Shown: in pieces, positions 1 through 9,400 of the stretch
Numbering within the stretch: position 1 is the stretch's first letter
How the letters are laid out: the number at the start of each line of letters is the position of its first letter
UHGV virus genome: UHGV-0206450
From: a virus
DNA length: 37,872 bases
Strand: one strand, 5' to 3'
The notes under the pieces: model-generated
Seen by the model: only the letters and a program-made list of their open reading frames with translations
The model's database searches: none
What the model was told of the DNA's origin: nothing
Program-made: the position numbers and the translations under genes

Positions 1-18
1 TTGATAAGGGGTGAGTGT

Positions 19-285
19 ATGAATAGTTATATAGTTTCCTATGATCTAAATAATTCTGGCAAGAACTACGAGGATCTGATTTCCAAAATTAAAACATATT
101 CAAGATGGGCACATATCAATGAATCTGTTTGGTTTTTGAAAAGCGATAAAGGATGCGTTGCTATAAGAGATGAATTACTAGCAACAATAGATAAAGATGA
201 TAGTTTATTTGTAGCTGAATTGACTGGAAAAGCTGCTTGGCGCAACATAATTTGTAAAAGTCAATACCTTAAAGATTATTTGTAG
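19..285 (+). CDS. Small VapD/Cas2-superfamily-like protein (88 aa), an opposite-strand moron in the early region
   Basis: ATG at 19 is preceded by AAGGGG at 6-11. The sequence pattern YIVSYDL ... NYEDLISKIKTYSRWAHINESVWFLKSD ... LFVAELT resembles the VapD/Cas2 beta-alpha-beta core (compare VapD AYDDLRQELELLGFEWTQGSVYVNYSKEN). A terminator lies just downstream. Confidence 0.4.
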   Translation: MNSYIVSYDLNNSGKNYEDLISKIKTYSRWAHINESVWFLKSDKGCVAIRDELLATIDKDDSLFVAELTGKAAWRNIICKSQYLKDYL

Positions 286-490
286 TCTTCTCCTCGTCAC
301 TATTTGTGACGAGTTTTTTTATTTCAACTGTTTCAACATTCTCATCAATATGACTGATAACTAATTTTGTTAATTCTTTAAGGGTTAGGTTTTCAAATGT
401 AAATCCCTGTGTTTCTTCATCGATTAATAGTCTCTTTGATTTTTTCTGCACTCTTCTCACCTCAAATCTATTTGCCGATTCAACCGGCAT
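269..490 (-). CDS. Hypothetical early protein (73 aa)
   Basis: ORF in the leftward early operon with AGGAG upstream. No family recognised. Confidence 0.45.
   Translation of the reverse strand: MPVESANRFEVRRVQKKSKRLLIDEETQGFTFENLTLKELTKLVISHIDENVETVEIKKLVTNSDEEKTTNNL
293..322 (+). terminator. Rho-independent terminator for ORF 19..285
   Basis: Hairpin ctcgtcac-tattt-gtgacgag followed by ttttttt. Confidence 0.6.
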
Positions 491-620
491 TGATAAAGTA
501 ACTCCTAATATCTTTTGAGATCTCTAACTAGCAAATCTCGTTGAGAATCGCTCAGTAAGCTTTTTCGATCGTGTAGCTGCTCATGCAGGCTGTGTACTCT
601 CTCTTTGGCTAAGGTGTCGA

Positions 621-824
621 TCAGCAACTCTTGTTCAAGTGTGTAGGTCGTGCACTATCCCTACTTTCACTCCTAGAAATTTTTGACTGATATTCAAGTC
701 TTTCATCGTCCGTCATTTTCCGAATTGAAATTGAAACACGTTCGCCAGATTGTTCTTCATGAATCCTTTCCAAAGCCTTAGCTAATCTATCGAGATTCAA
801 ACTTCCGTTTATTTTAACCGTCAT
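621..824 (-). CDS. Hypothetical early protein (67 aa)
   Basis: ATG at 824 is preceded by AGGAGGGAG and follows the cro-like gene. Confidence 0.5.
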   Translation of the reverse strand: MTVKINGSLNLDRLAKALERIHEEQSGERVSISIRKMTDDERLEYQSKISRSESRDSARPTHLNKSC

Positions 825-841
825 TGAACTCCCTCCTCTTT

Positions 842-857
842 GTATCGTATACGATAC
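842..857. promoter_or_regulatory. Perfect 16-bp palindrome GTATCGTATACGATAC, an operator-like site downstream of the cro-like gene
   Basis: Seen directly in the sequence. Its half-sites match the palindrome at 1097-1112. Confidence 0.45.
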
Positions 858-859
858 TT

Positions 860-1075
860 TTAGTTAAAAAAAATAGCTAATACTTCATCATTGTTCAAAC
901 CAAGAGCTTTTGAGATAACCTGAATTTCGTTACGAGTAAAATCACTGTTCCCATTTTTTTTGTTATAAAAAGCTGATTTACTCATATCAATACCGTAGCT
1001 TTTCAACTTAACTAAGAATTCTTCGATAGTCATCTTATTAGCTACTATTTTTGCACGTAGCAGTTCTTCTCGCAT
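860..1075 (-). CDS. Cro/MOR-like small HTH regulator (71 aa)
   Basis: Small gene divergent from the CI-like repressor, with GGAGGAC as RBS. HTH-like KSAFYNKKNGNSDFTRNEIQVISKALGL and a C-terminal IFF, as in TP901-1 MOR-type proteins. Confidence 0.6.
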   Translation of the reverse strand: MREELLRAKIVANKMTIEEFLVKLKSYGIDMSKSAFYNKKNGNSDFTRNEIQVISKALGLNNDEVLAIFFN

Positions 1076-1096
1076 ATCATGTCCTCCTCTCTTGTT

Positions 1097-1112
1097 GTAT
1101 CGTTTACGATAC
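1097..1112. promoter_or_regulatory. Operator palindrome GTATCGTTTACGATAC in the cI/cro intergenic switch region
   Basis: Perfect inverted repeat 22 nt upstream of the cro-like start. A related site GTTTACAATACGATAC lies at 1193-1208. Confidence 0.5.
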
Positions 1113-1261
1113 TCATATTAGCACCTGTGCATTCGAGAGTCAACACAAAAATTTCTTAAAATACACAAAAACTGTTTTTTATAACACTGTCAGTTTACAA
1201 TACGATACAAAAGTAGTAAAATTATTTCTATAAAAGTCTAAGAAAGATAGGAGTGAAATTG

Positions 1262-1858
1262 ATGGCTACATTTAATTTAAAAAAACGTAGAGAAGAACTG
1301 AATTTATCGCAAGAATCTGTTGCTGAATCTATTGGCGTTACAAAAGCAACTGTAAGCAAGTGGGAAAAAGGCGATATAGCTAACATGAAAAGAGACAAGA
1401 TCGCTTTATTAGCAAAAGTTCTCAAAGTTAGCCCTTTAAGCATCTTGGGATTAGAGGATGTTAGTGACAGTGATCGAGTGATGATTCCTATACTAGGAAC
1501 AATAATGTGTGGTGAACCAATTTTAGCAGAAGAAAATATCGAGGGTTATAGAGAAGAGATTGCTGATTTCTTACCATCTGGCGAATTGTTCTTTCTCAAA
1601 ACAAAAGGTGACAGCATGGTACCTACAGTGCCTGAAAAAAGCTATGTTTTGCTGAGAAAACAAGAAGATGTCGAAGATGGCGAAATAGCTGCAGTCATAG
1701 TTAACGGGGATAATGAAGCAACCCTAAAACGAGTAAAAAGACAAAATGGAATAGTTATGCTTATTGCAGATAACAAAGATTATAGTCCAATATTAATTAC
1801 CCCTGAAAATCCAGCTCGCATTATTGGTAAAGCTGTTAAAGTTAGCTTCGATCTATAA
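1262..1858 (+). CDS. CI-like repressor with an XRE-family HTH and an S24 (LexA-like) autopeptidase domain
   Basis: AGGAG lies 8 nt before ATG 1262. N-terminal HTH (LSQESVAESIGVTKATVSKWEKG) and C-terminal GDSMVP with a downstream Lys (LKRVKR), typical of S24 self-cleaving repressors. Confidence 0.85.
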   Translation: MATFNLKKRREELNLSQESVAESIGVTKATVSKWEKGDIANMKRDKIALLAKVLKVSPLSILGLEDVSDSDRVMIPILGTIMCGEPILAEENIEGYREEIADFLPSGELFFLKTKGDSMVPTVPEKSYVLLRKQEDVEDGEIAAVIVNGDNEATLKRVKRQNGIVMLIADNKDYSPILITPENPARIIGKAVKVSFDL

Positions 1859-1940
1859 AAAATCCCCTACCAAAGTTGCGCCTTCGATAAGGGATCAGAA
1901 TATTATGCATATTAATTATATCAAAAAAGAGGTGGAAGTA

Positions 1941-2141
1941 ATGGCAAAAATTAAATGTCCTAAATGTAGAAGTACTGATGTTGAGTTTATGAGCAATAAT
2001 AGAAAAGGTTTTTCAGCTGGGAAAGCAGCTGCTGGTGCTGTATTGACTGGTGGTATTGGTCTATTGGCTGGTTTTGCCGGAAAAAAAGGCAAAAATGAAT
2101 TCTTCTGCAGGAAATGTAACAATACTTTTTTGCATAAATAA
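1941..2141 (+). CDS. Zinc-ribbon protein with a central glycine-zipper segment (66 aa)
   Basis: RBS agaggtggaag precedes ATG 1941. CPKC ... CRKC bracket GKAAAGAVLTGGIGLLAGFAGKKG. It lies between the repressor and the integrase on the lysogeny strand. Confidence 0.5.
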   Translation: MAKIKCPKCRSTDVEFMSNNRKGFSAGKAAAGAVLTGGIGLLAGFAGKKGKNEFFCRKCNNTFLHK

Positions 2142-2239
2142 AAAAACACGCTCCTCCGACCAAGAAAGCGCGTGTTTAAAATAAGGCAATAGCTTATTTA
2201 GCTATGCCTATTATACTAAATAATAGGATGTGATTCAAC

Positions 2240-3595
2240 TTGCAACGAGTAGCAATTTATATGCGTGTATCGACTGATCAGCAGGCAAAACATGGTGACA
2301 GTTTAAGAGAACAACAAGAAACATTGGATGAATACATTAAGCGAAACAAAAATCTTAAAGTTGTAGATAAGTATATTGATGGCGGGATATCAGGTCAAAA
2401 ATTAAATAGAGACGAATTCCAGCGACTACTAGATGACGTGAAAAACGATCAAATAGACCTAATACTTTTTACGAAGTTAGATCGCTGGTTTCGTAATTTA
2501 AGGCACTATTTGAACACTCAAGAAATTTTGGAAAAACACAATGTTTCATGGAATGCCGTGTCTCAACAATACTACGATACAACTACAGCTTATGGCAGAA
2601 CTTTTATCGCACAAGTAATGAGCTTTGCTGAATTGGAGGCACAAATGACTTCTGAAAGAATCAAATCTGTTTTTTCAAACAAAATCCAGCAAGGTGAAGT
2701 TGTTAGTGGGAAAGTACCTTTAGGCTATAAGATTGAAAACAAAAGGTTAGTTCCCACTTCTGATAAAGATATTGTGATAGATTTATTTGATTATTATGTT
2801 CGAGTTGGATCTTTGAGAAAAACAACGACTTATCTAGAAGAAAAACATGGAATAGTTCGAGATTATCAAAGTGTTCGAAAACTTTTAACCAATGAAAAAT
2901 ACATCGGCAAACTTCGAAATAATACAAACTATTGCGAACCTATTATCGACAAAGATATTTTTGAAACAGTTCAACTAAGGCTATCTCAAAATGTAAAAAC
3001 TAGCGGTTCACACGATTATATTTTTAGGGGACTTGTTCGATGTGCGGATTGTGATGGCAGCATGTCTTGTTCAACTTTAAAATCAAAGTATATAAAAAAG
3101 ACAGACGGAGAAGTATCATATTACATTCGGTCTTGTTACAGATGTACCAAACGAAGGAACAACCCTACAAGATGCAAAAATAAAAAGACTTACTATGAGC
3201 GAGCATTAGAACGTTACTTGCTAGATAACATACAAACGAATATTGCTATGCATGTACGAACATTGAAAAAAGAAGTAACAAAGAAAGATTCAGTAAAAAG
3301 AAAAAAAGATGCTCTTTTCGTAAAAATCGAAAGATTAAAAAAAGCCTATCTTAACGAAATCATTGAGTTAGATGAATATAAACGAGATAGAGAATTGTTG
3401 GAAAACGAAATAGCTAGTTTAAAAGAGCCTAAAATCAATAAAAACATAGCTCCTTTAAAAAAAGTTTTGAGCGATGACTTCTTTGAAAAATACGAAAAAG
3501 CTTCAATTAATCAAAAAAATGAGTTATGGCGTTCAATAATAGAATCAATAGAGGTTAGTGTTGATGGAAATATCACTATTAATTTCTTGCCCTAA
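2240..3595 (+). CDS. int: Large serine recombinase (phage integrase, serine type)
   Basis: N-terminal resolvase catalytic motif VAIYMRVSTDQQ, a recombinase domain and a Cys-rich zinc ribbon (CADCDGSMSCS ... CYRCTKRRNNPTRC) followed by a coiled-coil C-terminus. 451 aa, with a TTG start after an AGGATG RBS. Confidence 0.9.
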   Translation: MQRVAIYMRVSTDQQAKHGDSLREQQETLDEYIKRNKNLKVVDKYIDGGISGQKLNRDEFQRLLDDVKNDQIDLILFTKLDRWFRNLRHYLNTQEILEKHNVSWNAVSQQYYDTTTAYGRTFIAQVMSFAELEAQMTSERIKSVFSNKIQQGEVVSGKVPLGYKIENKRLVPTSDKDIVIDLFDYYVRVGSLRKTTTYLEEKHGIVRDYQSVRKLLTNEKYIGKLRNNTNYCEPIIDKDIFETVQLRLSQNVKTSGSHDYIFRGLVRCADCDGSMSCSTLKSKYIKKTDGEVSYYIRSCYRCTKRRNNPTRCKNKKTYYERALERYLLDNIQTNIAMHVRTLKKEVTKKDSVKRKKDALFVKIERLKKAYLNEIIELDEYKRDRELLENEIASLKEPKINKNIAPLKKVLSDDFFEKYEKASINQKNELWRSIIESIEVSVDGNITINFLP

Positions 3596-3656
3596 TTTAT
3601 GTGCCTAACTGATACTTTCCGCTGGGATGATATTGGTTAGTACGCCTAAAAAAACT

Positions 3657-3686
3657 TTCACATTTTACTAAGTAATTTGTTACAAT
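3657..3686 (+). promoter_or_regulatory. Candidate sigma-A promoter for ORF 3714
   Basis: TTCACA, a 17-nt spacer, then TGtTACAAT (extended -10). Confidence 0.3.
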
Positions 3687-3713
3687 AACATTAGAAGGAG
3701 GCAGCGAAATATA

Positions 3714-3983
3714 ATGAAAAGCAAAATATCTGTTGTTACTGGTGCACATCCAACGACAAAAAAAGAACGTATATATGAAACTGTTCTCTATACTTTTGTT
3801 TTGATTGTTTCCATTGCCATCGTCTCGTGGTTATTCCATTTAACTGACGGATGGTTAGTTCTTCTGTTATCGGGTTTCGTCTCTCTTATTTATTTCGCAA
3901 TAATGTATGATACTTGGACCAGACAAAGTACAGAAGATCATGAAATTATTGATAATCCTGTTTGTGAAAAGGATAAGGAGTGA
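3714..3983 (+). CDS. Small two-TM membrane protein (89 aa), a candidate lysogenic-conversion or exclusion gene
   Basis: Strong RBS GAAGGAGG. Two hydrophobic helices. Lysogeny-strand orientation between int and the lysis cassette. Confidence 0.5.
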   Translation: MKSKISVVTGAHPTTKKERIYETVLYTFVLIVSIAIVSWLFHLTDGWLVLLLSGFVSLIYFAIMYDTWTRQSTEDHEIIDNPVCEKDKE

Positions 3984-3987
3984 TTTT

Positions 3988-4116
3988 ATGGGAGTTAAAA
4001 ATGTTAGAAAGAAGATCCATGAAGATGTTTCTCTTTTTAGGGGTAGGGTAACATTGTGGATTGTAATAGACATAATATTAATAGACATGATTTTAACCCA
4101 CATAGTCTTTAAATAG
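3988..4116 (+). CDS. Small single-TM peptide (42 aa)
   Basis: AAGGAG lies 7 nt before ATG 3988. Charged N-terminus, then TLWIVIDIILIDMILTHIVF. Confidence 0.35.
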   Translation: MGVKNVRKKIHEDVSLFRGRVTLWIVIDIILIDMILTHIVFK

Positions 4117-4125
4117 AACTATTAA

Positions 4126-4145
4126 GCCCACTCAAACGAGTGGGC
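4126..4145. terminator. Hairpin between the convergent endolysin (-) and small + genes
   Basis: gcccactc-aaac-gagtgggc stem-loop. Confidence 0.45.
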
Positions 4146-4155
4146 CATTTGCATA

Positions 4156-5046
4156 TTATAGAATATTTCCCCAATCTGACAACTTACCTATAGCAATATA
4201 CCCCTTCTTGTAAGAATCATTTCGCGGTTGTACACCCCAAATATAGCCTGAACCAGTTACAATATCATTAAACTCAACTTTACTGCCCTTTTTTAAGGTT
4301 GCAATAATCTTGCTATTAGTATTTGCGCTAACACGTAAATTAACATTGTCTTTTAAAGTTACAGTTTTCATTTTTATTTTTCCTCCTATCGTCGAGTTAT
4401 TAGATGACCCATTGTTGTTTGAACTAGCAGAATGCTTACCAAAAAGATATTCAAATCCTTTGCGAACAATCCGATTCAAGTCGAGCGGTCCGGAATAGCC
4501 ACTTAGTTTTCCATTTGATGTGTACTGATGGAGATCATAGTTAGAAGTAGCTGTGGGATTCGAACCATTATACTGGCCATTGTTTGAACCGTATGAGGGA
4601 ATCCAGATACCATCAAATTTTGAAGTATCTAAATTAAAGTTTGCATACAAATGATTAGCAATATATGCCCCAACTTTCTTAGCACCTAGAGATTTCAATT
4701 TTGCTCGGTACTTTTCAATCCCAGTTCTCATATCGCTCATTGATTTTTCTTCCACGTCAAGCCACCAGAACGTTGGATTATATGCTTTCGCACGGTTATA
4801 GAAGTCTGTCGCCTCTTTCTCCATATCCGAATTAGAAACTCCTCGAACCCAAGCGTACACCGCTACTGGAACACCACGTTTTTGAAATTCTGCAATATGA
4901 GTTTTGTAGTGCTTGTCGATATACCTTGATCCATACTGTATACGAACAATTACACCGTCAATAGCACTGGCCAACTTATCATAATTGATAGTGTTTGGCG
5001 TTTGCCATTCACTAATATCCAAAATAACTGGTGTTGGAATACTCAT
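4156..5046 (-). CDS. Endolysin: GH25 muramidase plus a C-terminal SH3b-type cell-wall binding domain
   Basis: GH25 signature (ILDISEWQ ... YAWVRG ... WWLDVEE) and a C-terminal SH3_5-like segment. The start was refined to ATG 5046 (AAGGA RBS), just after the holin stop. Confidence 0.85.
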   Translation of the reverse strand: MSIPTPVILDISEWQTPNTINYDKLASAIDGVIVRIQYGSRYIDKHYKTHIAEFQKRGVPVAVYAWVRGVSNSDMEKEATDFYNRAKAYNPTFWWLDVEEKSMSDMRTGIEKYRAKLKSLGAKKVGAYIANHLYANFNLDTSKFDGIWIPSYGSNNGQYNGSNPTATSNYDLHQYTSNGKLSGYSGPLDLNRIVRKGFEYLFGKHSASSNNNGSSNNSTIGGKIKMKTVTLKDNVNLRVSANTNSKIIATLKKGSKVEFNDIVTGSGYIWGVQPRNDSYKKGYIAIGKLSDWGNIL

Positions 5047-5047
5047 T

Positions 5048-5359
5048 TTAATCATCCTTTCGCTCAGTGAATTCTTGGCCATCTCCATAATCGACTGTAT
5101 CTTTCTTTGGCTGTTCATAGGTTAAGGCTTGCTTGCTATCAGTAATACCTGTAGTTGTTGGATCATTGACGATGCCAATAATCACCAGAACTGCAAAAAC
5201 TGTATTGACTACTACGATCAGTTTGTTAACCAGGTCGCCAAAATCATACTCAAATCCAAAGACTGCAGCAATTGCTTGCACAGCTAATGCCAATGCTGGA
5301 ATCACTGCCAACCAAAATGCCTTGCTTTTCAAACGTAATTTCCAATTAATGTTGTTCAT
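5048..5359 (-). CDS. Holin (phi-LC3 / Phage_holin_1 type)
   Basis: MNNINWKLRLKSKAFWLAVIP with TM helices, immediately upstream of the endolysin. Confidence 0.8.
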   Translation of the reverse strand: MNNINWKLRLKSKAFWLAVIPALALAVQAIAAVFGFEYDFGDLVNKLIVVVNTVFAVLVIIGIVNDPTTTGITDSKQALTYEQPKKDTVDYGDGQEFTERKDD

Positions 5360-5361
5360 GT

Positions 5362-5724
5362 TTATCTACCTCCAAAAAATTTGATTAATTCTAAAACAAA
5401 TGCAAATACAGCTCCTGCTGATGCACCAATACCAAGGATCATTTTCCACATGTTAGTTTTATCAACCATCTTTAGTTCATAATCCCGTTCTTCTGATTTT
5501 TCATTTCTATTCAAAACAGCACGCAGGATTTCAGCATTTTGTTCGCTCTGTCGTGTGTTTTGCTCACGTAAGAAGCGATTTGATTCATCAACTCGTGCAA
5601 GTCCTTCGTTCATTGACTTTTGCATTTCTAATGTAATGTCATTAAGACGCCCCAACTCTTTGTCATGCTGTTTTAACCGCTCCTCATGCGCTTGGACCTG
5701 CTTTTCTATTTCCACATATGCCAC
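5362..5724 (-). CDS. XhlA-like protein (coiled coil plus a C-terminal TM)
   Basis: Coiled-coil N-terminus and a C-terminal TM (ILGIGASAGAVFAFVLELI), upstream of the holin as in XhlA-holin-lysin cassettes. Confidence 0.6.
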   Translation of the reverse strand: MAYVEIEKQVQAHEERLKQHDKELGRLNDITLEMQKSMNEGLARVDESNRFLREQNTRQSEQNAEILRAVLNRNEKSEERDYELKMVDKTNMWKMILGIGASAGAVFAFVLELIKFFGGR

Positions 5725-5753
5725 CTGCTTTCATAAACTAAAAAGAGCAAGCT

Positions 5754-6002
5754 TTACGCCTGCTCCTCCACTTCATTTAATAAATCATCCTCAATTGCCC
5801 AAACCTTTGCTTGAAAATCATCAATATCTTTACGACATTCGACGCGATTTTGACGGTACAGATTTTGGTCAGTAATCGATTGGTTAATATTTGTATTTCC
5901 AGCACTATCCGTTGTGACATTAGCATTTAGGTAAATAACTTGCTGCCCATTAATTTTCGATTCTCCTGTAATGCTGATTGATTTTTTAGTATTTAATGCC
6001 AT
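5754..6002 (-). CDS. Hypothetical protein (82 aa) between the tail fibre and the lysis genes
   Basis: ORF in operon context only. Confidence 0.4.
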   Translation of the reverse strand: MALNTKKSISITGESKINGQQVIYLNANVTTDSAGNTNINQSITDQNLYRQNRVECRKDIDDFQAKVWAIEDDLLNEVEEQA

Positions 6003-6035
6003 GATAAATTCCTCCTGTTTATTTAATAATACTGA

Positions 6036-6449
6036 CTATTCAGCAATTTCTTTTTCAAATTCATCTAACAACCGATCATAGATCTCGGCATCTTTACCAG
6101 ATAACATGCCATCGTACTCATTCAAAATCCGTGGAACTTCATCAAAGTTTCGGGCATACATACCGCCCTCAATCACAATTTCTTCATCCATCAAAATTCC
6201 TTGTTCTTTATTGAAAGCAGCCACATCTTTTGCATCTTGATCTTTGCCCTCTTTGAGTTGGCCACTCTCATCAAGCAGATTGAATTTTTCCATCAGAGAC
6301 TTTTCCTCCTCAGAAAGCTCTGTAAAGGCTTCTCGAATACGTTTTACCAGCTTTGTACGGTGTCGACTGTCCTTATTCGCTTTAAGCGTCATACCTTCTA
6401 AAAAATTGATTGCTGGTGCTAACTCGTTGTTCTTTAATATGATTTTCAT
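6036..6449 (-). CDS. Hypothetical acidic protein (137 aa) after the tail fibre
   Basis: ORF in operon context only. Confidence 0.5.
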   Translation of the reverse strand: MKIILKNNELAPAINFLEGMTLKANKDSRHRTKLVKRIREAFTELSEEEKSLMEKFNLLDESGQLKEGKDQDAKDVAAFNKEQGILMDEEIVIEGGMYARNFDEVPRILNEYDGMLSGKDAEIYDRLLDEFEKEIAE

Positions 6450-6481
6450 TTAAATTCCTCCATTAAAATAGGAGCTAGAAA

Positions 6482-9400
6482 CTATGCAGCCTCCAACTCC
6501 TGTATTCTTATTTTTAATTGTTCCACTTCTTGCTTCAGCAATTGAATTTCACGTTCATGATCAGAGAGTATTACGTTGTGGTACATGGTTAAACGATCAT
6601 AAGCTAATCCTTCTACTTGACCTTTCTCATCGTAGAATACAACTTCTGTCATCCCTTTTTCGTGAAATTCATCAGCAATAAACCCATAGTATCGGCCTTT
6701 TACGTTCCCCGAACTCAATTCAAATTTATCAATCCATGATACTGGATTGATTTCCAAAATTTTCTTGGCATCAGCTACTATCTTATTAGCTACTTGAATA
6801 TTCATTTTATACTTACGAGCAGAGGTAATCCGACCAAGGGTCCCGTAACTTGTGACGCATACTTGCGGCCCACTTGAATAGGTTTTATTATAGATCGATT
6901 TAGACCATACACGAGCACCATTAGAGTCTGCACCAAAACTTATACCACCATATAACGAGGAATCACCGCCACCATTTATATCTGTACGTTGTGCATTTAG
7001 AGTTATTTCTCCGGAATCACCAGCCCATAAGTCAATATATTTCGACTGCATAGCTATTTTGTATCCAGCAGTTATCGTTGCTGTTGAAGCCATTTGCTTA
7101 ATGCTTTCACTAGCACCACTATTTACCTTTGAGGTACCGAGCCTAATAGTAGGTGCTAAATATCTGCGTCCACTAATCGTAGAATCATAGGCATAACCGC
7201 TAGCTAAGTAAACACCATGTCTCGCTATAACCCAAGCTTCCGAAAACAAACCGCCAGCCTCATCTTTGTTGACGTCTGATCCAGATTGTTTTACGCCAAT
7301 ACCAGCACCACGGATATTCTGTTTAGTATCAGCACCGTTTTTATCCCCATAACCTAACCATGTAGCATCAGTAAAAAAACTACTCGAGAATGGTTCTTGG
7401 TATTCTGTTGATGATAAAAGAACGGCTCTGTGTACAGATTGCCACACGCTTGTATTTGGATTAGCCATTTTCAAAGCAATTGCTGGTCTATTTCCTGACC
7501 ACATGCCAGCTTGCCAGATACCATTTTCTTTATACTGACCAGAATGTGTTTCGGTTGTCAACCCACCATAAGATACAGTCGCTTCACCAAATGTTCCAGT
7601 ATAAAACTCAATTTTACCGTTCATCAGATTATAACCTGCTGCTAAAGTGTTACCTGTATCATTTGGCGATAAATATTCACCTCTAGATGCAGTTACTCCA
7701 GTAGTAATGTTCATTTGAAAAGTATCATCTAAGTTTTTGATGATTCCCTTGTTGAAAATGACTTCACCAGTAGCAAGGTTTATAGATAAGTTAGTCCCAC
7801 TGATCGTTCCCGTAGTAATACTATTTGCATTTAGGTTAATAATATTAACATTTGCAGCATTTAACGTGCCTGTAGTAATTTTAGTCGCTGATAGACTGCC
7901 GATTTTGGCATCAGTGATTGCAGCATTCGCAATTTTAGCAGTTGATACAGAAAGGTCTGCAATTTGTGCATTTTTAATCACTCCGTTATCAATTGTTGTC
8001 TGACCTGTAATGTGAACTTTATTACCGGAAATCAGTATTGATTCAGTTGATACATTGATTTGGTTGACGACATCATTTTTAGAAACTTTAAAATTGATCG
8101 TGTCGGACAGTTGGGTAAACTGAGCAGATGTAACATCTGTATTTGCTTCATAGATATATAATTCTCGTAGCCTTACTGCTTTGCCGGCTTCTACCCAAAT
8201 ACTAAAAGCAGTGTATGTTGTGGCTTTGATAGTACCTTGAACCCATGTGAGATATCCTGCTCGAGGCGTAACCTTAATGTTTTCTCCCTCAGCTGAGCCA
8301 ATTTCTACTGTTCCGCCAGTACTTCCTGTGTTCATGTATAATTTGATGTTATAAGTTTTTCCGACAGTTAAAGCAACAGGTGTAGATCCCCAATAAACCC
8401 TTTGCTTAGCGGTTCCTGAGGTATTATCAATAAGAAATCCATTTGCATCATATTGCCCAGTTATCCCATACCCTTCTACTGTAGGCTTTGGATTCTGCTT
8501 CTGGAAGTCTGGATCAGGAAATTTATTGACTAGGTCTGCAATGCTTCCTTGAACTTCTGTAACTGTCTGTCTAATTCCACTAGCTGTTGCTTCAACTTGT
8601 GTAGCTTTTGTAAGAGCTGAATTAGCTGTTGTCTCAACGCTAGAAATCGTTGTTTTCAAACCATTGGCTGTTGTCTCGACTTGAGTTGCTTTCGTAAGAG
8701 CTGAATCGGCGGTATTCTTGACACTAGCTATGGTTTGAATAGTGCCATTTACAGTGGATTCAATTTGATTGACTTTCGAGACAGTTGCTAAATCTGCTGG
8801 TGCTGGTGACCAATCTTTGAACACTACGTTTGATTTAGTAAGCTTTGCCCATTCGATTGAGCTAGTTACTCCTGTAACAGAACCTTCTCCCACATAAATA
8901 TAAATAATATTTGTTACTGTGTTTGTGCCTTTTTTTCCTTTAAATTTAGCATAGTAGGTTCCATCTGTATCTTTAGTTAATCGTCCTACTAATGAAATGA
9001 GACCACCATCTAACCATATGCCAGCCCATGTTTTTCCTGCACCTAAAGTCATCTTTGCTCTAAATACGTAATCTTCGCCCTCAACCATCAATTCACTCAT
9101 AGCAAACGTGCTAATCAAATAAGACTCATTAGAAGCTGGAACATTTGAATTCAGAAATAGATTTCGATCGCTGGTTACCTGGTTAGCAAGGTTTGTCTCA
9201 ACACTTGTCAACGTCTGCTTAACACCGTCAACGGTTGATTCCAAAACGTTCGCCTTACTCAAGGCGCTGTTAGCAGTGTTAGTCACCGTTGCTATGGTTT
9301 GTTTTTGACCATCCACTGTGACGACTAAATCATTCAGTTTCTTCGTGGTACTTGTGGCAGTCGATTCAACATCCGTGATCCTTCCGGTTAAACCAGTGAC

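Noticed and set aside
1824-1940. N-terminal 39 codons of track ORF 1824..2141 overlapping the repressor C-terminus
   Set aside because: A strong RBS precedes the internal ATG at 1941. The upstream part is probably untranslated overlap.
2142-2180. Hairpin aaacacgc...gcgtgttt after the zinc-ribbon gene as an intrinsic terminator
   Set aside because: The 18-nt loop and lack of a U-tract make it weak. It may be a structural element but not a confident terminator.
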